Below, piece by piece: positions 34,385 to 44,321 of a stretch of DNA of 64,000 nt. Position 1 is the stretch's first letter; the number at the start of each line of letters is the position of its first letter. Both the position numbers and the translations under genes were made by a program. The notes under the pieces are model-generated. The model did not search any database, was not told where the DNA came from, and saw nothing but the letters and a program-made list of their open reading frames with translations. The DNA is from Candidatus Omnitrophota bacterium (GTDB taxonomy: Bacteria > Omnitrophota > Gorgyraeia > Gygaellales > Profunditerraquicolaceae). The DNA is taken from NCBI GenBank assembly GCA_041662125.1, contig JBAZTA010000008.1, positions 2,807-66,806 on the forward strand, read 5' to 3'.

Positions 34385-37300
34385 TTATCGCCCACGAGGC
34401 AGTGGGCGCATGGCAGTCAAGCGAGTGCATTGGAGAGCGTTTTCATTGGTCACCATGGTTTCTTCAGCGACTGACGAAATAATGCTTGAGGCCTGGATCA
34501 GAGACGCGATGTGATGAATGAAGAGAATGAGAGCGACGATGCCGCTGATCGCCAGTAGGATGCCGACAAACACTGCCAGGCTCGGGACGAAATCGCCCTC
34601 GTCGCCGCTGCGGATGCTCCGCAACACGATCAGGCAATAGGTGAAAATGCCCGCGAACATTCCGAGCACGACCTGCGTGACTGTGTCACGCATGAAGTTC
34701 CGTAGGATGCGCGAGGTGTATTGGCTCGAGGCCAGCATCAGGGTCATCAAGGTCATCGAAAACGTGATCCCCACCACGGTCATCATCGAACCGGCAATCG
34801 TGGACAACATCAGGCGCGCGCGAGCGGCGACGACATCGGATGTCAAGTCGGGCGGTGTCTTGGCTTTGGAGGGATCTAAAACCCGATACGCCAGCAGTTT
34901 CACGCGGTCGCTCACCAGGGCCCACACCAGCGCATAACCCCAGACGAACAGCGCATAACCCCAGCCGAGGGGTGTCATAAACAGTCCATAAACCGCAATT
35001 AGAGTCGCCAGCGTTTGCGTGCCGAGCACTGCCACCAATAGGATCTTGGCGGGGCGAATGGACCAGAACGGGCCTCGCGTGCGCGTCAGGAAAATCGTGA
35101 GATGACCGGCCACCGACAGCATAAGATACATCATGGTCTGGAGATCTGGACGGTTGAGGTGAAAGACGCTGGCGCCAAGGTAGAACAGTCCAAAAGCCGC
35201 CACCGGGCCGATGACGCCCAGCACGGTGGCGATCCCAAGCACCATTCGCATGTTCCAGGCCTCGGGCTCGTCCTTGTAATGAACGTTGTCATAAGCAATG
35301 GACAGAATGGCGCCATCATTGAGCAACGCCAGCATCACGATCATTATCGCCGTCAATGGATAAAAGTTAAAGATCAGGATCGCCAGCGTCATGAACAACA
35401 GCACGCGCAGCGTCTCGGCGATGCGGTACATGGCGTAACTGTTCATCCGCTGAAAGATTTTGCGACTCTCCTTGATAGCGTCAATAATCACTGACAGGCC
35501 GTCGGTCAGAAGGACGATGGCCGCAGCGGCGCGCGCAGCGTCAGTCGCGCCCGACACGGCGACGCCGCAATCGGCTTTCTTCAACGCGGGGGCGTCATTC
35601 ACACCGTCGCCAGTCATGCCGACGATGTGGCCGCGTTTTTGCAACACATCCACAATGTGGAACTTGTGTTCGGGGAACACCTGGGCGAAACCATCGGCGT
35701 TCTCGATGGACTCGGCCACCGCCGAAGTCTCTTCCCGCTTTACGTCGCCCAGGCCGCTGGCGTCGAGAATATTTGCGCCCATCCCTAGCTTCTTGGCGGT
35801 TTCCTGGGCGATGGCCAGTTGATCGCCCGTAACCATTTTGATCTTAACTCCCATCTGGGCAGCAGTCGCGATGGTTGACTTAGCGTCTTCCCGTGGCGGA
35901 TCGAACAGGGGCAACACACCAAGAAACTGCCATTGGCCGTCTCCCCCGGCCCGCGCCACACCCAACGAACGAAAACCGCGCACAGCAAATTCGTTAACCG
36001 CTTTGTCGACGGCGGGCTTCACCTGCCCTGCATTGGACGAAAGTTCCAGAATCACCTGTGGAGCGCCCTTCGTCACCTTGAATTCCTTTCCGTCGGCGCC
36101 TTTGACAGTGGCTTCGGTGCGCTTATGCACAGGGTCGAACGGCTGGAAATGAACCACCTGGTAGCCTTTCAATGCCTGATCATTTTGCAGGCCACCCAGT
36201 ACAGCCAGGTCGATAGTATCCTTATTGTCCGCGCGCGACGCCAGCGCGGCGTTGAGGATAACTTGATCGGCGGGGACATTGTTCACGCTGAACGGATCCC
36301 CCAGCGTCAGCTTGTTCTGGGTAAGTGTGCCGGTCTTGTCTGCGCATAGGACGTCCACGCCGGCCAATTCCTCGATGGCCACCAACCGGCTCACAATCGC
36401 CTCTTTCTTGGCGAGCAGGCGTGCGCCGACCGCCATCGTCACCGACAACACCGTTGGCATCGCCACCGGAATCGCTGCCACCGTCAGCACCAATGCGAAC
36501 TGCAAAGTGGTGAGGATCGGGTCGCCGCGGAAGATCGCGACGGTGATAATTACCGCCACCAGCGCGACCGCTAGGAGTATCAGGAAATTGCCAATCTTCA
36601 GCACCGCGCGTTGAAAGTGGCTGACGGTGTGGGCTTCCTGAACCAGTTGCGCAGTCTTGCCGAAGTAGGTGTTGGCGCCTGTGGCATAGACCATCGCGCC
36701 AATTTCCCCCTGACGAATGATCGAACCTGAAAAGACCGCCTCGCCGGGTTTTCGGGTGGCTGGCAACGACTCTCCCGTCAGCGCGGACTGATCCACCTCC
36801 ACCGGGTCGCCCTCCAGCAAGCGCGCATCGGCCGGCACAATGTCCCCCAGGCGCACGCGGATAACGTCGCCCGGCGTCAATTCGCTCGCTGGCGCAGTGA
36901 TCCACTTGCCATCACGTTTTACCCGGGCATTGATGGCCAGCTTGGCCTTCAGGGCGGCGATGGCGTTTTCCGCCTGGTGCTCTTCCCAGAATCCGACCAC
37001 TGCGTTGGCCACAAGCAATAGGAGGATGATGAAAAAATCCGGCCAATGCCGGACCACGCCCGACAGAATCACCGCGACTTCGATCATCCACGGGATCGGG
37101 CCCCAAAAATAGGTGAGGAATTTCAGGAACGGGTTAATTTTCTTTTCTTCAATCTCGTTAGGTCCATATTGGGTCAGCCGTTTCTGGGCCTCAGCTTGAC
37201 TTAGGCCGTCCGGCGTCGACGCCAATTTTTTCTGCAGTTCCTGCATAGGAAGAGATTTTAAATCGTCCTTGGCCTCAGGCTTGGCCCCCGGCTTCGCCTC

Positions 37301-37417
37301 GGGCTTATCCGCGTTCGGTTTCACGATGACTATCCTCCTCTTCTTGGCGCCACCACCGAGTCCCGGTCCAGAGGGGCCACGGGAAATCGATGGACAGGCG
37401 TCGTCGGACAATCTCAT
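34385..37417 (-). CDS. Plasma-membrane-type (P3A) H+-ATPase with an unusual C-terminal DUF2254-like membrane extension
   Basis: PMA1-like signatures ([41 protein letters not shown]) and 10 TM helices. About 160 extra C-terminal residues (…LMLSTIAGSMMTVVGITFSMTLMTLMLASSQYTSRILRNFMRD…) resemble the N-terminus of DUF2254 proteins. The start is uncertain (37417 or the internal MQELQ at 37246). Confidence 0.8.
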   Translation of the reverse strand: MRLSDDACPSISRGPSGPGLGGGAKKRRIVIVKPNADKPEAKPGAKPEAKDDLKSLPMQELQKKLASTPDGLSQAEAQKRLTQYGPNEIEEKKINPFLKFLTYFWGPIPWMIEVAVILSGVVRHWPDFFIILLLLVANAVVGFWEEHQAENAIAALKAKLAINARVKRDGKWITAPASELTPGDVIRVRLGDIVPADARLLEGDPVEVDQSALTGESLPATRKPGEAVFSGSIIRQGEIGAMVYATGANTYFGKTAQLVQEAHTVSHFQRAVLKIGNFLILLAVALVAVIITVAIFRGDPILTTLQFALVLTVAAIPVAMPTVLSVTMAVGARLLAKKEAIVSRLVAIEELAGVDVLCADKTGTLTQNKLTLGDPFSVNNVPADQVILNAALASRADNKDTIDLAVLGGLQNDQALKGYQVVHFQPFDPVHKRTEATVKGADGKEFKVTKGAPQVILELSSNAGQVKPAVDKAVNEFAVRGFRSLGVARAGGDGQWQFLGVLPLFDPPREDAKSTIATAAQMGVKIKMVTGDQLAIAQETAKKLGMGANILDASGLGDVKREETSAVAESIENADGFAQVFPEHKFHIVDVLQKRGHIVGMTGDGVNDAPALKKADCGVAVSGATDAARAAAAIVLLTDGLSVIIDAIKESRKIFQRMNSYAMYRIAETLRVLLFMTLAILIFNFYPLTAIMIVMLALLNDGAILSIAYDNVHYKDEPEAWNMRMVLGIATVLGVIGPVAAFGLFYLGASVFHLNRPDLQTMMYLMLSVAGHLTIFLTRTRGPFWSIRPAKILLVAVLGTQTLATLIAVYGLFMTPLGWGYALFVWGYALVWALVSDRVKLLAYRVLDPSKAKTPPDLTSDVVAARARLMLSTIAGSMMTVVGITFSMTLMTLMLASSQYTSRILRNFMRDTVTQVVLGMFAGIFTYCLIVLRSIRSGDEGDFVPSLAVFVGILLAISGIVALILFIHHIASLIQASSIISSVAEETMVTNENALQCTRLTAMRPLPRGR

Positions 37418-37448
37418 TCACGGTTTCGAATTCCCGAAATCGGGAGCG

Positions 37449-38579
37449 TTATACCTTTGCTTCCGGATGGTCGGCCACGCCTCCCGGCGGCAAAATATGC
37501 GGCACGTCAAGGCGCGCCACGCCAATTCGGTTGTCGGCCATCCCATAATAGACGTCGAAGCGGTCCGGTAACCCAAGATCGTCGCGCCGGTCGATTCCGG
37601 TTGGGAACACGACGTTGGCTACGGTCCCGCGGCGTTCTTGCGGCAGCTCCGGCTTCAAAACCGGTTCCGTCGAACGATAGCGGATCACGCGCGGATGCTC
37701 CTTCGAGAGCACCATCACCCCGGCCGAGTAGCATAACTGGCTCCCGTCGTTGCCCGGCGCCGCCATTTCGCTCACGCCATGGTAAACGATCAGCCAGCCG
37801 TGCCTGGTCAGGATGGGCGGAGTGCCGCCACCGATTTTGAGCCGCTCCCAGGGCGACACCGGAGTGGCCAGCCGGTGATGCGAGTTAAACAGGCCGAGGC
37901 GATTTGATTCATGGCCTTTCAATGCCATCGGGCAGTAGGAAATCCAGATGCTTTCCCGATCGAGATCTATCTGTCGGCGCGTGGGATGGTAGATGGTTTC
38001 CTCCGGACGAGTGCCGGGAAAAAGCGGCCGGTGGAGGATGCCCATCTGCATTTTCCCGGCGTGATTGGGAATGGCGACGGGGAAGAGGCTAGAGTCCTTA
38101 TCATCGACGCCGTCGAATTCGATGCCGTGGTACGGATCAAAGGTTGCGAGCCCCAGGCGCTGCCAATGGAAAAGGTCCTCCGATAGGGCCAGGGCGATTC
38201 TTGGGCCTTTGGGCGAAAATGCGCTGTAAGTCATCATGTAGCGCCGGAGCGGCTCTACGAATGTGATGCGAGGGTCTTCGCAGCCCCCGCCGCCGTCAGG
38301 TCGCCGCTCATAATCAGCTTCAGGCTCGAGCGCAATGCCGAGGCGCTCAACTCCGGACGGATCGCCGGCTTCATTGAAGCGAACCCGTGCAATGCCGATG
38401 CGCGAGTAATTGCCCCTCGCTACGAGCCTAGGAAACAGGTAAAGCTCACCATCAGGGCCACGAACGGCAGCCGGATTCAGGACGCCTTCGATCTCCTGGG
38501 AATTACCGGGTTCCGGCTCCATCAACAACCCCAGGCGGTGCAACTCAAATCCACTCATCAAATCCTCCCGCAAGGTCAC
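37449..38579 (-). CDS. Glycoside hydrolase family 130 protein (beta-mannoside phosphorylase/hydrolase family)
   Basis: 376 aa; GH130-like blocks (…VLNPAAV…, GCEDPRITF, YYGMADNRIGVA). Confidence 0.75.
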   Translation of the reverse strand: MTLREDLMSGFELHRLGLLMEPEPGNSQEIEGVLNPAAVRGPDGELYLFPRLVARGNYSRIGIARVRFNEAGDPSGVERLGIALEPEADYERRPDGGGGCEDPRITFVEPLRRYMMTYSAFSPKGPRIALALSEDLFHWQRLGLATFDPYHGIEFDGVDDKDSSLFPVAIPNHAGKMQMGILHRPLFPGTRPEETIYHPTRRQIDLDRESIWISYCPMALKGHESNRLGLFNSHHRLATPVSPWERLKIGGGTPPILTRHGWLIVYHGVSEMAAPGNDGSQLCYSAGVMVLSKEHPRVIRYRSTEPVLKPELPQERRGTVANVVFPTGIDRRDDLGLPDRFDVYYGMADNRIGVARLDVPHILPPGGVADHPEAKV

Positions 38580-39334
38580 GCTTGCTGATCGCTATCTAAA
38601 CATGCGATGATTGCTTCGGTAACCCGTTTAGTCTCATTGGGACCTCGAACCGGTATAGAGACAACACCTGCTTCTTCGGCGGGATAGTCGTTTCCCCCCA
38701 CGAACAATGCATCACCTATGAAAATCATCTCTTTCAATGAAATGCCAAGGATGTCTCGCAGCTTTCTGACTCCGTAGGCTTTGTCAATGCCAGGTTTGGT
38801 GACATCAATTGATGTAGCGCCGCCCATTCGGACAGAAAACTCGGGAATAAAAGTGTCAAGGATTGCTTTTATCTTCTTCCGCTTGGTGAAATCAAAGTCC
38901 CACTTGTCCTTTTCTTTCAGGGGGGCCTGCTGACCTAATGCGGAAAATGTTATCTGGCTACCCCGGTCTTCAATTATCTCTCCCCAAACCTTTTCGACCT
39001 TAAAGCCCGCCACTTCGATAGCCTTCTTTAGAGAGCTGATGATTTTCTTTTTTTCGTCCGCGGTGAAATCTTCTGAATAGATCTTTTTCCAGTCCCCTGC
39101 GTATTGGAAGAACTTTGTTCCACATGTGGGAAGGACGGATAGATTCACCAGGCGTTTGTCATGAGGAAGATTTGAGAGCAGTTGTTTTTCAAACTGTGGC
39201 CAATCACCTCCGGAAATCACGGCCACTTTGACAATACCGAGAAGCTTATGCAGCAGCCCCGCCATTTCGGTATCAAGAGCCGATTTACTCTCAGCAAGTG
39301 TGCCGTCCAGATCAAAAACAATTAGCTTTTTCAC
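38576..39334 (-). CDS. HAD-IIB family hydrolase (sugar-phosphate phosphatase; MpgP/OtsB-like)
   Basis: N-terminal DxDGTL motif (IVFDLDGTLAES) and a C-terminal GDxxxD-like motif (IFIGDALFVGGNDYPA), 252 aa. The stop overlaps the GH130 start. Confidence 0.7.
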   Translation of the reverse strand: MKKLIVFDLDGTLAESKSALDTEMAGLLHKLLGIVKVAVISGGDWPQFEKQLLSNLPHDKRLVNLSVLPTCGTKFFQYAGDWKKIYSEDFTADEKKKIISSLKKAIEVAGFKVEKVWGEIIEDRGSQITFSALGQQAPLKEKDKWDFDFTKRKKIKAILDTFIPEFSVRMGGATSIDVTKPGIDKAYGVRKLRDILGISLKEMIFIGDALFVGGNDYPAEEAGVVSIPVRGPNETKRVTEAIIACLDSDQQA

Positions 39335-39415
39335 TATCCTTCCTCCTCTGAATTATTGCTATCTCAATTAGAGTTTTGGACCCGACGAACCACCCCGCAG
39401 TTTCCGTGTTGTAAA

Positions 39416-40435
39416 CTATTCCGGTAGGGCAATTTCCAGCAAGCTGACTGGGATGCTAGGCCGAAAACCGCACGCTCCGACCACCGCCGGCAAGAGCAAC
39501 ACATCGCCTTTGCCGACGGCATAACTAGCTCCGCCGTGCTCGACCTCCCCTGAGCCCTCGATGCACACCAGCACGCGAGCCGTTCCGACGGCGCCGACGG
39601 TAAACGGCGCTTCTCCACGGAGTCGCCACAACTTAAAATGTTCGCAAAGAAAGAGTCTCTCGCGCCACACTGGCGTCGTCTCCTCCACCACGGGCGCAAC
39701 CGGACCTACAGCGCCTTGCGTAAAATCAATGCAGGCCATCGCTTGATCGACTTGCAGAGTTCGACGCCGGCCTGTTTTGGCGTCAACGCGGTCCCAGTCG
39801 TAAAGACGAAACGTTACGTCGCTGTTTTCCTGAACCTCGAACACCACGACGTCGCCACCCAGAGCGTGAACCGTCCCAGCCGGCAGAAAGACGCCGTCAC
39901 CGGGCTTCGGTGTGAAGCATACGAGGTGGTCAGCCACCGTTCCGTTTGTGAGCGCCCGCCGCAGATCGTCTGCCGTGGAGCCTGGCTTCAGGCCTGCGTA
40001 GACACGGCTTTCTGTCCCAGCCTCCAGCACAACCCACGCTTCGGTCTTCCCTGTCTCGCCCGCCGGCAGTAGGTCCGTATGGGCATCCGCTGGATGCACC
40101 TGGACCGAGAGCGTCTCACGCGCGTCGAGGAACTTCAGCAGCAGCGGGAATCGGCAAAAACGCTGGGCCAGCTTACCCAGTAATTGTTCCGAAGACTGTT
40201 CCATCAATTGACTGATGGTCCGCCCTTTGAGCGTTCCATTGGCGACTTGGCTCCTATGGCCATCTCGGTCGCTGAGTATCCACGCTTCGCCTATGGGGTC
40301 GTCGTTCGGCAGCGGCGCGGTGAGCAGGTCAGCCAAACGACGACCGCCCCAAGGCCGATACTGGTAGATCGGTTCGAATCGTAGAGGATACAGAGGTATT
40401 TGCTTAGAGGCATGTGTCTTTGTTGTCATGCTCAT
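39416..40435 (-). CDS. Class I mannose-6-phosphate isomerase (cupin)
   Basis: …PLLLKFLDARETLSVQVHPAD… is a type I PMI motif; 339 aa. The start overlaps the fba stop. Confidence 0.7.
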   Translation of the reverse strand: MSMTTKTHASKQIPLYPLRFEPIYQYRPWGGRRLADLLTAPLPNDDPIGEAWILSDRDGHRSQVANGTLKGRTISQLMEQSSEQLLGKLAQRFCRFPLLLKFLDARETLSVQVHPADAHTDLLPAGETGKTEAWVVLEAGTESRVYAGLKPGSTADDLRRALTNGTVADHLVCFTPKPGDGVFLPAGTVHALGGDVVVFEVQENSDVTFRLYDWDRVDAKTGRRRTLQVDQAMACIDFTQGAVGPVAPVVEETTPVWRERLFLCEHFKLWRLRGEAPFTVGAVGTARVLVCIEGSGEVEHGGASYAVGKGDVLLLPAVVGACGFRPSIPVSLLEIALPE

Positions 40436-41454
40436 GTCCTTTCCATCGCGGCATTATATTCGCCACGGCGAGCAGCCCGGTTGCAACTGGCTCGATGATA
40501 CAGAGCTTTCTGCGCTGCCAACACGTGGCCCTCCTCGCCTTGCCAAATCTCCAATGCCGGTTGTTGAATGGCGCGGGCGAACGAAAACGCCAACGCCCAA
40601 GGGAGTCGCGACTTGAATCTGACATTCATAGCATTCAAACGAGCCGAGGCCAGTTCACTGGATTGGCCGCCGGACAAGAACGCAATCCCTGGGACGGCAG
40701 CGGGGACGGCTCGCAATAGACATCTCACCGTGGCGTCGGCCACCTCGTCGACCCCCTCTTGCTTGGGGCAGGTCAATCCTGGAAGCGCCATATTGGGCTT
40801 CAAAATCATACCCTCCAGCATCACCCGTTGTATGTAAAGTTGGTTGAAAACTGTTCGCAGGACTTCCTCCGTTACCTTGAGGCATCGATCGAGGGTATGA
40901 TCGCCGTCCATGAGCGTCTCCGGTTCAACGACCGGGACCAGCCCGACTTCCTGACACACCGCTGCATAGCGAGCCAACGCCTGAGCGTTCGCCTCGATGC
41001 AACCCCGGCTGGGAATGCCATCGGCGATGGTGATCACGGCTCGCCACTTCGCAAAACGGGCGCCCATTTGAGAGTATTCAGCCAGGCGGTCGCGTAATCC
41101 GTCCAGACCTTCGGTTATTTTCTCTCCGTGATGGCCCGCCATGTTCTTTGCCCCGGTGTCAACTTTGACGCCGGGAATGATTCCCGCATCGGTGATGACC
41201 TTGACAAAGGGAACGCCATCTTTCGTGGACTGACGGATGGTCTCATCATAAAGGATAAAGCCACTGATAAATTCACCCACACCAGGAGTGGTAACAATCA
41301 ACTCACGATAGGCGCGCCGGGCCTCCTCGGTCTGGGGAATTCCCAACCTGGCAAATCGTTTGTTGCAGGTTGGATTACTTTCATCCATCGCAAGGAGGCC
41401 TTTGTCGTCGGCGACAAGCTTTCTAGCTGTGTCTATAATCTCTTGCGCATTCAT
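40432..41454 (-). CDS. fba: Fructose-bisphosphate aldolase, class I
   Basis: 340 aa; GLLAMDES motif and class I aldolase TIM-barrel sequence. Confidence 0.85.
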   Translation of the reverse strand: MNAQEIIDTARKLVADDKGLLAMDESNPTCNKRFARLGIPQTEEARRAYRELIVTTPGVGEFISGFILYDETIRQSTKDGVPFVKVITDAGIIPGVKVDTGAKNMAGHHGEKITEGLDGLRDRLAEYSQMGARFAKWRAVITIADGIPSRGCIEANAQALARYAAVCQEVGLVPVVEPETLMDGDHTLDRCLKVTEEVLRTVFNQLYIQRVMLEGMILKPNMALPGLTCPKQEGVDEVADATVRCLLRAVPAAVPGIAFLSGGQSSELASARLNAMNVRFKSRLPWALAFSFARAIQQPALEIWQGEEGHVLAAQKALYHRASCNRAARRGEYNAAMERT

Positions 41455-41492
41455 TTGGGATTGCTCCTCTTCCTGTTTCAGATTTTCGGCAT

Positions 41493-41640
41493 GTCTTGGC
41501 CGTGCTTGTCGATGTACTGCTTGTGCTCGATGAGCTTGTCCTGGAGTTGCTGCTTCAGGTAGTGGTCATGGTTTTGCATCCACAACTGTTTGAGGAAATT
41601 TGCGGAATTGATTTTCATATTCATTCTTTCGGCCATACCA
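41493..41640 (-). pseudogene. Diverged duplicate of the phosphoketolase 3' end (48-codon fragment)
   Basis: Minus-strand translation [48 protein letters not shown] matches the Xfp C-terminus …[26 protein letters not shown]…. The DNA at 41488-41560 aligns with 44330-44400. Confidence 0.6.
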
Positions 41641-41741
41641 GCCGCGCTGTTGGCGTCGGTTCATTTGGGAGGCTCATCTTTTCGAGTCGCGCTTTCCGCC
41701 TCAAGCCAGTCTTGATCTGCTTGGCCATCGAGGGGGCCTCT

Positions 41742-44321
41742 CTACTCGTAGAGTTCATTGGCCTGATGGCGGCTATCGGCGGTGTAAGTTCGAACGGTGT
41801 CCTCGCTCACAGCGCTAGGAACGCGCCATTTGATCATACCTACCTTCAAAGCGTCGTTCACGGCGAGGCACGCGACCATGGAATAGACAAATATCGCAAG
41901 CATCTGCCAGCCAGGCAGTGGCATGAGTCCCGGGAGACCCACCAACGTCACGACGGTACCCATGAGCACGTCCACAGCGAGGGCTGACAGTAAGATTTTG
42001 CTGGGCGGCGTCGCCCAGAACCAGTGGCGCTCCCGCGCGGACACAACGGTAAATACGGCAAAGTAGAGCAGCATGAGAAAGCTGAAGGTGAAGAGAGCAT
42101 TGTTGTTGGTCGCTAACCCGAAATGCGACCAAGCGATCCACAATAGAAGGAGCGTCTCAGCGACCATCGCGACACCAAGAGCCACGGAAACTGCAATGAA
42201 GCCTCCGATGTTCCATGTTTCAGGTTTTTTTGATGGTCTAACGTTGTCGGTGGCAAGAGCGATCTTCGCGAAGTCCAGCATAAAGACCAGCATCAGCATT
42301 ACAAAGGCTGAAACGACGAACTTACCGGTTACCACGAACGCGATGGCCACGAAGGCCGCAGTGAGTATTGTTTGGCTGATCTTGTTAATGATCCACGTCA
42401 AAACACGCTGATAGATCGTCCGCCCTTGCTCGACCAATGCCACAATGTTGATCAGTCCGGGTTCGGTCAGGACCACGCTCGCAGCGCCCTTGGCCACGTC
42501 GGTCGCCGTACTGACGGCAATGCCGACTTCGGCCAGGCGGAGGGCGGGCGCATCGTTAACCCCGTCGCCTGTCATGCCTGTCACGTGGTTCGCTGCCTGC
42601 AGGTGCTGCACCACGATGTACTTATCCTCAGGATACACTTCGGCAAAACCGTCGGCGCCCGCCAACAAGTCAACCGCCTCGTTGCCAGCCTGTGCGCCCG
42701 CTGCCTTCAGATCCGCTACGCGCCGAATGTTAGGCAGCCCTACTCCCTGAGCGATCTCCCTCGCTACAGCTAACGCATCGCCCGTAAGCATCTTTACCGG
42801 AATGCCCAAGCCTCGGAGTTCGGCGATAAGCTGCTTGGCGTCTGGTCGAAGCGGATCATATAGCGTCACCAATCCGAGCAAAGCGGGGGTATCCGTCTCT
42901 GGACCGCGCGCCACCGCTAGCGTCCGATATCCCTTCAATGCTGATTCGCTGACCTGCGCCTCCAACGCTTCGATCGAGGAAGCCTGAAGTCCGCAGCCCT
43001 CGGCGACGGTTCGGACGGCGCCCTTTATCACACGCAGGCGCTGCCCGTTTTGTTCGATTACGGCTTCCGTCCTACGGTTTTTCGCATCAAACGGAGCGAA
43101 GGAGACACGCGAGACATTGGGAAGGTCGTCGAAGATGCGCCGCTCCCTTGCCGCTGCCAGGAACGCTAGGTCAATTGGATCCTGGTTGGCTTCCCGAGAC
43201 GCGAGCGCTCCGGCAAACAGCACGTCGGTTTCAGTCGCGTGCTCCAGCGGGATCACGCCGGTGACCGCCATTTGATTCATCGTGATCGTACCGGTCTTGT
43301 CCACACAGAGTACGTCCATCGTCGCGGCATCCTCCGCTGCGCTGAGGCGGGTAACCAGCACGCCGCGTTTGGCCAGTTCCTTCGACCCAACAGCCATGCT
43401 AACAGTGAACATAACTGGGAGGGCGACAGGTACAGCGCTCATCAACAGTACGAGCATGAGCGGGATCATTTCAATGAGCGGCGCTCCGCGGATTAGCGAC
43501 AGCACGATCACCACAACGAGAAGCGCACTGACAATAACGAAAAGCCACCGGACAACCTTGGCCACGACCGCTTCGATGTGAAGTATCGGACGCGCCTTCT
43601 GCACCAGTTCCGTGGTACGGCCAAAGTACGTCTTCGCCCCAGTTAGCATCACCACGCCGTTGCCTTCGCCCCGGCGGACGACGGACCCCGATGAAAGCAC
43701 TTCGCCGGGCGTCTTGTTCGCGTCTTTCGATTCACCGGTGAGCGCCGACTGGTCCACAGTCAACGCCCCCGTCAGGAGTTTCACGTCCGCGGGGATGATG
43801 TCGCCGGATCGCACACGAACGATGTCGCCGGGGACTAGCTCCCGGGCAGGAATGACCTGCCAGCTCGAATCGCGCCGGACGCGCGCGCTGACCTGTAACC
43901 GTCGCCGTAGCGCTTCAACGACACCGGCTGCCCGGCGCTCCTGGAGGAAGCTCAACACAGCGTTGATAACCAGCAGTGCGCTTACCACAGCGAGGTCCGA
44001 GTATTTCCCGAGTACCGCAGAAAGTACCATGATCAGTTCGAGCATCCACGCGGAGATTCCCCAGAATTTCTGGATGAATTTAAGCACGGGCCGATCCTTT
44101 TCTTCGGCCACTTCATTGTATCCGTGATCCTTCCGGCGGAGGGCTACCTCAGCGTGGGTGAGTCCAGTGTCGGGCTTGACATGGAGCGCAGCAAGGGTGT
44201 CGGGAATCGACGCGGAACCAATGTCAGGGGCTTTGGCGTTTGCCGGCTTCGCACGCGCCGACTCGGCCTCGGATTCATTTGGTGTCTTTCTCATGGGGCA
44301 TATACTCTTTAGACGCTCCAC
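41742..44321 (-). CDS. Plasma-membrane-type (P3A) H+-ATPase, paralog 2
   Basis: 859 aa; [22 protein letters not shown] and [19 protein letters not shown] motifs, 10 TM helices. A 13 nt overlap with the pkt stop. Confidence 0.85.
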   Translation of the reverse strand: MERLKSICPMRKTPNESEAESARAKPANAKAPDIGSASIPDTLAALHVKPDTGLTHAEVALRRKDHGYNEVAEEKDRPVLKFIQKFWGISAWMLELIMVLSAVLGKYSDLAVVSALLVINAVLSFLQERRAAGVVEALRRRLQVSARVRRDSSWQVIPARELVPGDIVRVRSGDIIPADVKLLTGALTVDQSALTGESKDANKTPGEVLSSGSVVRRGEGNGVVMLTGAKTYFGRTTELVQKARPILHIEAVVAKVVRWLFVIVSALLVVVIVLSLIRGAPLIEMIPLMLVLLMSAVPVALPVMFTVSMAVGSKELAKRGVLVTRLSAAEDAATMDVLCVDKTGTITMNQMAVTGVIPLEHATETDVLFAGALASREANQDPIDLAFLAAARERRIFDDLPNVSRVSFAPFDAKNRRTEAVIEQNGQRLRVIKGAVRTVAEGCGLQASSIEALEAQVSESALKGYRTLAVARGPETDTPALLGLVTLYDPLRPDAKQLIAELRGLGIPVKMLTGDALAVAREIAQGVGLPNIRRVADLKAAGAQAGNEAVDLLAGADGFAEVYPEDKYIVVQHLQAANHVTGMTGDGVNDAPALRLAEVGIAVSTATDVAKGAASVVLTEPGLINIVALVEQGRTIYQRVLTWIINKISQTILTAAFVAIAFVVTGKFVVSAFVMLMLVFMLDFAKIALATDNVRPSKKPETWNIGGFIAVSVALGVAMVAETLLLLWIAWSHFGLATNNNALFTFSFLMLLYFAVFTVVSARERHWFWATPPSKILLSALAVDVLMGTVVTLVGLPGLMPLPGWQMLAIFVYSMVACLAVNDALKVGMIKWRVPSAVSEDTVRTYTADSRHQANELYE

